Positions 57,607-64,000 of a stretch of 64,000 nt of DNA are shown here, in pieces; the first letter of the stretch is position 1; each line of letters starts with the position of its first letter. The notes below the pieces were generated by a model. That model did no database searches. It was not told where the DNA came from and was given only the letters and a program-made list of their open reading frames with translations. The stretch is taken from positions 14,409-78,408 of IMG/VR virus record IMGVR_UViG_3300017527_001400. The stretch is one strand, 5' to 3'. Source of the DNA: a virus. A program made the translations under genes and the position numbers.

Positions 57607-57965
57607 AGGTGCTAACCTGGCACCTTGAGTATGGGCAAAAGGCTGACTGGTTCCAAGAGATAGAGGAACAAGGTGGTGCCGAGTTTGATTTTCTTGACGA
57701 TAAGCCAGAGCTGTATGAAGATCTTTATGGAGACTGGAAAGCCTTCTGGAGACTCTCTGGCTCTCGTCAAATCGGAATGGGACTTGGTAGTATCCAAATG
57801 TCAGAGATTCTCGCTTACATGGAAATCTTTGGAATCCATAACACCCGTGAACGTGAATTATTGCTCACCAGAATCCAAATCCTCGATAGAACTTTTCTTA
57901 AGCACCACTCCAAAAAAGACAAAAAGAAAAAGAAAAACGCTAAGGCAGCAAGAGGAAGAAAATAA
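57600..57965 (+). CDS. tail chaperone C-terminal extension via -1 frameshift
   Basis: -1 frame reads KLIEVLTWH...; AFWRLSGSRQ.GMG..I..SEI.AY motif. Confidence 0.75.
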   Translation, partial: LIEVLTWHLEYGQKADWFQEIEEQGGAEFDFLDDKPELYEDLYGDWKAFWRLSGSRQIGMGLGSIQMSEILAYMEIFGIHNTRERELLLTRIQILDRTFLKHHSKKDKKKKKNAKAARGRK

Positions 57966-60900
57966 TGGCTCTTAACATTGATATAAGGTTTTCGTCTAAA
58001 GATGCCCAAAAGGTAATCAGAGAAGTTGATTCACTTGGATTAGCTGAGGAGAAGCTTTCAAGGAAATTCAAGCGAAGACTTGATGCTGAAATGGCTGCAA
58101 ATAGCTTTTCGCACAAAGCCAGTAAAGAAGCTGTTGACAGTTTGGAAAAAGTGGAAAGAGCTGTTAAGGGCGTCGATGATCAAATCGACACATATAAAAG
58201 AGACCTAGAAATGCTTACAGATCATGTAGCCTCTCTAGAAAATGAATATCAAAAACTAAAACGCGTTGAGCCTTTCATGGAAAAAGCCGGCAGGCTTGAT
58301 CGCGTCATAATGAAACAAAGAAAACTCAATTCGGAACTGGCTGAAACTAAACTTCTAATAAGAAGACACAAGCGAGATAACAAAGCCGTTGTTAATTCTT
58401 TGCAAGAGCAAAAAGTAGCTCTCACAAAAAACGTTGAGGTAATGGGAAAGTCTACCCAAGAGCATAGGAATGCTGCATTGGCACAGGCTAATGAAGCATT
58501 GGCAAGACAAGATTCTATTAAATGGATAGACAGATACACAGAATCATTAAGACGCCTCGACAGCATGCAAAAGAAACTTGAACGTGCAGGCCGATTCAAG
58601 GAAGCAAATGAACTGGCTGAGATGAACAGAACTATAGCGAACTATACACCAGATGATACCAGAGACGCTGTAGTTGGTGCTGGGAAAAGAGTTCCATTAG
58701 ATATTAATGAATGGAAAAAAGCTGATAGAGCTATAAACAAAGCAGAACGATCGCTCAAAAAATTTGAAAAACGTGCTAGAAGGGGATTTGGATTTATGAA
58801 TTCCTACTTTGCACGAGTTTCAATTATCATGTCTGGTACAGCTGCTACCCTATTCGTATTCCAGAACATCGTCCAAGGGCTTAGAGCTGTAGTAAGTCCT
58901 CTCCTTGATATCGAAAAATCTTTTATTAAAATCAAAACATCTGTTGGCGCCACAACTGCTGAACTTGCTATGTACAAAGATGCTGCTGCCGAAGCTTCTC
59001 GAGCAGGGCTAGGATCTATTAGCGATAATATCGAAAAAATAGAAGAGCTTCGAAAAAAAGGTCTTGAAACCAATGAAGTCTTAGGCCTCCTTGCATTCCA
59101 AAGAGAAAAGAATGAACAATCAAGCAAAGGTACCTTGACTTCACAATTCTCAAAGACGACTGCGCTATTAAAAGAATCGGCGATGGCATTCACCAAATCC
59201 ATTACCCCTTCTTTGATAAGAGGTCTTGAATTACTTGATAAATATCTCGAAAGATTCATTGAGGTTTCAGACAAAATCGATGGAATGACGGAGGCCATGG
59301 ACAAGCTGTCTCAAAAAGATAGAGACATTCTTGGCGGACCAGCTCCGCAATCTGAACACAAAGTTGACGATTCTTTTAAAATGTCAGACGGATTCATGGC
59401 ATATCAAAAAAGAATAGCGGAAGCCACAGAGAACACGAAGCAGGCTGTGGACAAACAAACCGAAGAAGATGCTGTATGGGGTGAGCTAAATATAAAAGAA
59501 CGGATGGGCATAAGTCAGGCAATGACTGGCGTAATGCAAATCCAGAAGGTAATCGATGGTGACACCTTCAAGATAAAGCTGGCAGACGGATCCCTGTGGG
59601 ACATTCGTACGGCCACAATGGATACTGCTGAATCTGTTCGTCAAGCTAAAGACGGTGAAACGGATTCAACCGGCAAGGTTATAGAAAACACGATGCTTGG
59701 GTTGATAGCCTCCGCTGCTGCCAGTGCATTGGTAGAAGAATCAGGTGACCAACTTTATGCCAGACGTTCTGAAGGCAGTAGTGATAAAGGCAAATATGAT
59801 CGTTTTTTAAGAGACCTATTCACCATGCAAGGTGAAAGCTTTGAAGACATAATGAAGTCTATAGGTCTTGGAGCCGATTATAAATTTGGTATGCATGGAA
59901 CATCAGAAAGAGGAAGCTTTGAGATGGATCTTCCTGGTGGCAAAGAAATTGCAGCCTTTATGAGCTTGGATATACAAGAAGCTCTTTCTGATCTGGAAGA
60001 ATTTGCTGAAAGCAGAGGTATCGATGTAAGCGTTGTCGATCCAAACGACACCTTAGAGATAATGAAACAAAAAGGCATTGCAGAAGATATGGCTAAGGTT
60101 TATCTGGAAATAGCTGCACTGTCCGGTGCAAGGGGCCGTGATAAACAACTTGCTGCTGAAGAAAAGCAAAGACAAAAAATTATTACTGCTGTTAATCAAG
60201 AAATGAAGGTTAAAGAGCTTACAGGTAGTGTTACTGAAAAATATACTAAAAATGCAGAAGCAGCTATAGCTGCTGAGATGCGAGCTTACGAAAGAGCTAA
60301 TATCCCAGAAAAATATCGAGAAAGAATAAAGGCTATGCTGGAAGCTCAGGCTGCTGTCAAAGCTGTTACGGATTTAGGAACTACTTTGCCGAAAGCCGAA
60401 GCTGACGCTATTAAAGAAGGTTCTGAACTGTCCTTAAAATATAACGTACAATACTGGATGGATAAACAAACACAGGCTGAAGCCAGTGCCAAGAAGATGC
60501 GCACAATTGCTAAAGATGAAACAGCTGCAAGGATTGTTGAAATCGATCATGAGCTTGATGAACGAAAAGCAGCGGCAGCAAAAATGGCAGCAACCTATGA
60601 TATCACGGGAGAGGTTTCTGGCACACATAAATTAATCATGGCTGAGGTCAGGGCCCTGGAAGAGGAAAAAGTTAAGCTTGCTCTTGGATCAAAGGCTGCA
60701 AGAGTTGCACTGCTCCAAAAAGAAATGGCCGATTATAAGAAAGAAGCCAAGAACAAAGCGAAGGCATTCGCAGCTACAGAAGAAGTTGATGATGAATATA
60801 AGAAGTTAAGAGAAATCATGAATTCAACTCAAGCCGAACTAGACACACTGACTGTCGGAGCTGATGCCAGTAGATTAACACAATTATCCGGAGAGCTTAA

Positions 60901-63900
60901 ATTAATTGAAGACATATATAAAAAAGAAGAAAGTTTGATTAAAAATACCGGCCAAATAACAGATGATTACTTTGATTATCGTCGTAAACGCCTTGAAAAA
61001 TTAAAACAAATTTACATAGAACTATATGGCGAAGCTTTCGGAGCAGAGAAGTTTGCGCTGGAACAAGGCTATCAGGATCATAAAAAAATCCTTGAAAAAG
61101 AATATGCCGATACATTGATGTTCCAAGAGTTGACGAATATGGTAACTGACGAAGGTATCCAACATGAACAAGAACAACTTGCTGGGCTTATATCTTATGC
61201 AGAAGAAAGGTTCAGCAACCTTCCCGGCATTGCAGAATACCTTAATAAATTTCGTATAAAATCTGAGCTCGCTACCTTTAAAAAGGATTGGGCAGAACAA
61301 ATAGTTATTATCAATGAGGTTCTTACCTCAGTCGGATATATATCGCCTGCTTTAGACGAGTACAATAAAAAACTCATAGATCTTGAAACTCAAAACCTAA
61401 AAGCCTTTGGAGTACCCAATACTGCGATCAATGAAATCAACCACTATAAAAACGAAGTCAACGACCTTAAAAAGATTACAGAAGGAATGGATTTCGGTGC
61501 TGGCTTTGATGCTGGCTTCGCTGGATTGGACGGCTTAAAGCTAAAATTTGGTCAACTTGGATACGAGATTGGCAAAGGGCTTAGAGACGGCATGGCTTCG
61601 GGTTTTAAGGATTGGTTTACTGAGCTGGCTAAAAGTGGAGATCTCTTCGCAGATAAGATGGATGAAATAGTAGGAAATCTCGCGGAAAGTATTTCAGAAT
61701 TTACTGTAGACATGGCAATCGAATTTGCTATGTCTTACGCTAAAATGGCTATAGATGCACAAGTAACAGCAACTATACAAGCAGCAGCTGCCAAGGCTGC
61801 GGCAGCCTCCCAAATAGAAGCTGCACAGGCAGCAGCCGCTGCCAACATTGCAGCTGCGAATGCTTCAAAGGCGGCTTGGGCATCTACCGGATGGGGAGCA
61901 GCGGCTCTCGCTGTTGGATATATGTTTTCACAAATGTCCAGAAGTGGTAGAGGCTCTTCCGAAGATAAACTTAAAAAAATGCTCGAAGAATTGCAAGAAA
62001 TCAAAAAGAACCTAAAGGCCAGCAATGATCGAATGGAAGCTGTACTTCTTAACGATGATGTAAGCAGGTGGCAAGCACAAATATACGATTTACTTGTTGC
62101 TGCAAACGATAATCTGGCAGACATAGCTGGCAATACGGTCCCTGTCGCATATGATATTATTCGAGAAGATGCTTATGCAAGTTTCCTGGCAAACTGGACA
62201 CCCGACGATGCAGAAGCTCCTCTTCCTGGCATTTTATCAATTGATAACGTTGCTGATAAAATAATTGTAGGATTTGATCAAGCACTTAACAATTCAGATC
62301 TTGTAACAATACTCGAAGAAGATTCAAATGATGGGCTTGATCCAGACACTACTGAGGATGGAATCAATGATCAGACAGGTAATGATGATTTTGACATTCC
62401 AGGTGGTAATTGGTCAAATGATCCTGATGATTATTTTGATTTCTTAGATCCTGTTCCTGCCGATCCAGAAATTATCGATCCAATGCCAGGAGATGCTCCA
62501 GACAATGACCGTGGGGATGAATGGGTACCTTCGCCACCGGATATTTCAGAATGGGAAAAAACTTGGGATGCGCTATTCACAATTGACGAGCTTATGGGAA
62601 TGGGATTATATGACCTTCGTGATGCCATAGCGGAAATGCAAGAATTCACTAAAGACCCTGATCTTAAAGCTGACTTTGATCCATTGCTCGAGACTATTGA
62701 CGAAGCAATTCGAGATTTTGAGCAAGGCCTTCAATTAATAAATGATGATATTATAGACACGCTTTCTGATTTCTCTGGGCGTTGGACAGAAGACATAACC
62801 GCAATTGGAGCTGCCTTAAAAGATGCCAACGATACATTTTTTGATGGATTAAAGGGTTCATTGGAATCTTCCTTAGCAGTAATAAAAGAGCTGGGGCTGA
62901 TGGATTCAGAGGAAGATTTCCTGGATCTTGAAAAAATGGTAGCCAATGCAGGCTCTAAAGAAGAAGTGCTTGCCATATTTGAGACGATTGAGACACTGGC
63001 AAAAGATACTAACGATACTATGCTTTGGCTACAGCTTGATCTCAAGGATGATATCATAGCTCTGTGGGATGATACCACGGCAGCAATTAAAGAATCCTTC
63101 AGTGACATCCGGCTTGATACTTGGAAACAAGTTAACCGATACATGTCTGATGTTACCGGAACAGCGTCAGAGTTAGCCAAATCTCTCCAAGGAGTTGATG
63201 ACCAGTTTAAAACATGGTTAGATGCTTTAATCGATGCTGGGGCAGAAGTAGCAGAACAAACACAATTACTAGAAACATGGGGAAAAGCCCTAAAAGAAAC
63301 ATTAAAAGCTCCATTCAAAGCCCTCCAAGATCAAATTAAAGAAAACAATAAAGCCTTTGAAAGAAGAGACTGGGAAACCTCAGACTGGATAAACCAATTC
63401 AAAACCCTAGATTCAGAATTCCTAAATCTTGACTTCCCTGGCATTGGAGCTTCAAACGAAGAAATAACAGCCTATTATGATGCTACTTTGCCAATCTTAA
63501 CTGAGCAGGTAGATATCCTTGAAAAAATTCGTGAAGATACATCGAATATGATTGAAGAGTTCAAAGAGCTTTATTCATCGCTCGACGATCTTCTATTCGA
63601 ACTTCGTGGTGGCAGCCTGTCTTCAGTACAGAGCGCTGAGATCTATCAAGACAAATATGATACGCTCTTTGCGGCAGCATCATCTCCTGATGCAACAACG
63701 GATGATGTCTCGGCATATGAAACCTTCGTTAGCGAGTATCTGGATTTCTTTAAAGCTTATGCAGGAAACTATGACAAAGTCGTTGGAAAAGTCATCGGCG
63801 ATGTTGAAGACGTCCGAACAAATATAGAAAACAAACTTACTCCATTGGAAACTCTTGTAAAAAGCACCAATTCAGTGCTCGGCATCACATATGATTTATT

Positions 63901-64000
63901 GTCAAAAAGATTAGATGATATGATTACAGCAATAGAAAGCCTTACCATTGTTGTGAATATTGAAGATGGAACAGCCATTTTAGAAAACAATGAAGAAAAC
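57965..64000 (+). CDS. tape measure protein with embedded thermonuclease domain (3'-truncated)
   Basis: TAATG-coupled start MALNIDIRF; no stop found in the parts read (absent from ORF track, consistent with running off the end); helical, Ala/Glu/Lys-rich; follows chaperones. Confidence 0.85.
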   Translation, partial: MALNIDIRFSSKDAQKVIREVDSLGLAEEKLSRKFKRRLDAEMAANSFSHKASKEAVDSLEKVERAVKGVDDQIDTYKRDLEMLTDHVASLENEYQKLKRVEPFMEKAGRLDRVIMKQRKLNSELAETKLLIRRHKRDNKAVVNSLQEQKVALTKNVEVMGKSTQEHRNAALAQANEALARQDSIKWIDRYTESLRRLDSMQKKLERAGRFKEANELAEMNRTIANYTPDDTRDAVVGAGKRVPLDINEWKKADRAINKAERSLKKFEKRARRGFGFMNSYFARVSIIMSGTAATLFVFQNIVQGLRAVVSPLLDIEKSFIKIKTSVGATTAELAMYKDAAAEASRAGLGSISDNIEKIEELRKKGLETNEVLGLLAFQREKNEQSSKGTLTSQFSKTTALLKESAMAFTKSITPSLIRGLELLDKYLERFIEVSDKIDGMTEAMDKLSQKDRDILGGPAPQSEHKVDDSFKMSDGFMAYQKRIAEATENTKQAVDKQTEEDAVWGELNIKERMGISQAMTGVMQIQKVIDGDTFKIKLADGSLWDIRTATMDTAESVRQAKDGETDSTGKVIENTMLGLIASAAASALVEESGDQLYARRSEGSSDKGKYDRFLRDLFTMQGESFEDIMKSIGLGADYKFGMHGTSERGSFEMDLPGGKEIAAFMSLDIQEALSDLEEFAESRGIDVSVVDPNDTLEIMKQKGIAEDMAKVYLEIAALSGARGRDKQLAAEEKQRQKIITAVNQEMKVKELTGSVTEKYTKNAEAAIAAEMRAYERANIPEKYRERIKAMLEAQAAVKAVTDLGTTLPKAEADAIKEGSELSLKYNVQYWMDKQTQAEASAKKMRTIAKDETAARIVEIDHELDERKAAAAKMAATYDITGEVSGTHKLIMAEVRALEEEKVKLALGSKAARVALLQKEMADYKKEAKNKAKAFAATEEVDDEYKKLREIMNSTQAELDTLTVGADASRLTQLSGELKLIEDIYKKEESLIKNTGQITDDYFDYRRKRLEKLKQIYIELYGEAFGAEKFALEQGYQDHKKILEKEYADTLMFQELTNMVTDEGIQHEQEQLAGLISYAEERFSNLPGIAEYLNKFRIKSELATFKKDWAEQIVIINEVLTSVGYISPALDEYNKKLIDLETQNLKAFGVPNTAINEINHYKNEVNDLKKITEGMDFGAGFDAGFAGLDGLKLKFGQLGYEIGKGLRDGMASGFKDWFTELAKSGDLFADKMDEIVGNLAESISEFTVDMAIEFAMSYAKMAIDAQVTATIQAAAAKAAAASQIEAAQAAAAANIAAANASKAAWASTGWGAAALAVGYMFSQMSRSGRGSSEDKLKKMLEELQEIKKNLKASNDRMEAVLLNDDVSRWQAQIYDLLVAANDNLADIAGNTVPVAYDIIREDAYASFLANWTPDDAEAPLPGILSIDNVADKIIVGFDQALNNSDLVTILEEDSNDGLDPDTTEDGINDQTGNDDFDIPGGNWSNDPDDYFDFLDPVPADPEIIDPMPGDAPDNDRGDEWVPSPPDISEWEKTWDALFTIDELMGMGLYDLRDAIAEMQEFTKDPDLKADFDPLLETIDEAIRDFEQGLQLINDDIIDTLSDFSGRWTEDITAIGAALKDANDTFFDGLKGSLESSLAVIKELGLMDSEEDFLDLEKMVANAGSKEEVLAIFETIETLAKDTNDTMLWLQLDLKDDIIALWDDTTAAIKESFSDIRLDTWKQVNRYMSDVTGTASELAKSLQGVDDQFKTWLDALIDAGAEVAEQTQLLETWGKALKETLKAPFKALQDQIKENNKAFERRDWETSDWINQFKTLDSEFLNLDFPGIGASNEEITAYYDATLPILTEQVDILEKIREDTSNMIEEFKELYSSLDDLLFELRGGSLSSVQSAEIYQDKYDTLFAAASSPDATTDDVSAYETFVSEYLDFFKAYAGNYDKVVGKVIGDVEDVRTNIENKLTPLETLVKSTNSVLGITYDLLSKRLDDMITAIESLTIVVNIEDGTAILENNEEN

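Noticed and set aside
58249-63990. Minus-strand ORFs across the right end
   Set aside because: Antisense shadows of the continuous plus-strand tape measure frame

Overview
64 kb of a tailed dsDNA phage genome (siphovirus-like: P22-type coat, tail tube, frameshifted tail chaperones, >2000-aa tape measure running off the right end); host not determinable from the sequence. Left to right: the C-terminus of a TROVE/Ro60-like gene; a tRNA/ncRNA cluster (tRNA-Met, -His, -Gln, -Trp, expanded tRNA-like RNAs, a circularly permuted YrlA-type Y RNA); replication genes (SSB-like, RepB-type primase, iteron-like origin, UvrD-like helicase, DnaQ exonuclease, VRR-NUC); many small accessory ORFs and a 1.45-kb double palindrome; a MoxR AAA/DUF2201-vWA module, a dATP/dGTP diphosphohydrolase and a DNA ligase; inverted portal/terminase genes; and head and tail genes. 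Main finding: a solitary Cas7/Csm3-like RAMP gene (1837-2589) plus a small ORF, flanked on both sides by non-coding arrays that are not CRISPRs. They have a 5-nt period (conserved AT + variable NNN) organised into ~50-nt blocks separated by phase-shifting AT-W-AT junctions (~1549-1820 and ~2866-4135), a candidate RNA-guided system with a gapped code. The same genome also appears to carry a TIGR-Tas-like system: a Nop/IS110-like protein without RuvC at 30062-30856 and dispersed dual-repeat arrays with 9-nt spacers at 18100-21285. All family calls are from motifs recognised by eye; no searches were run.
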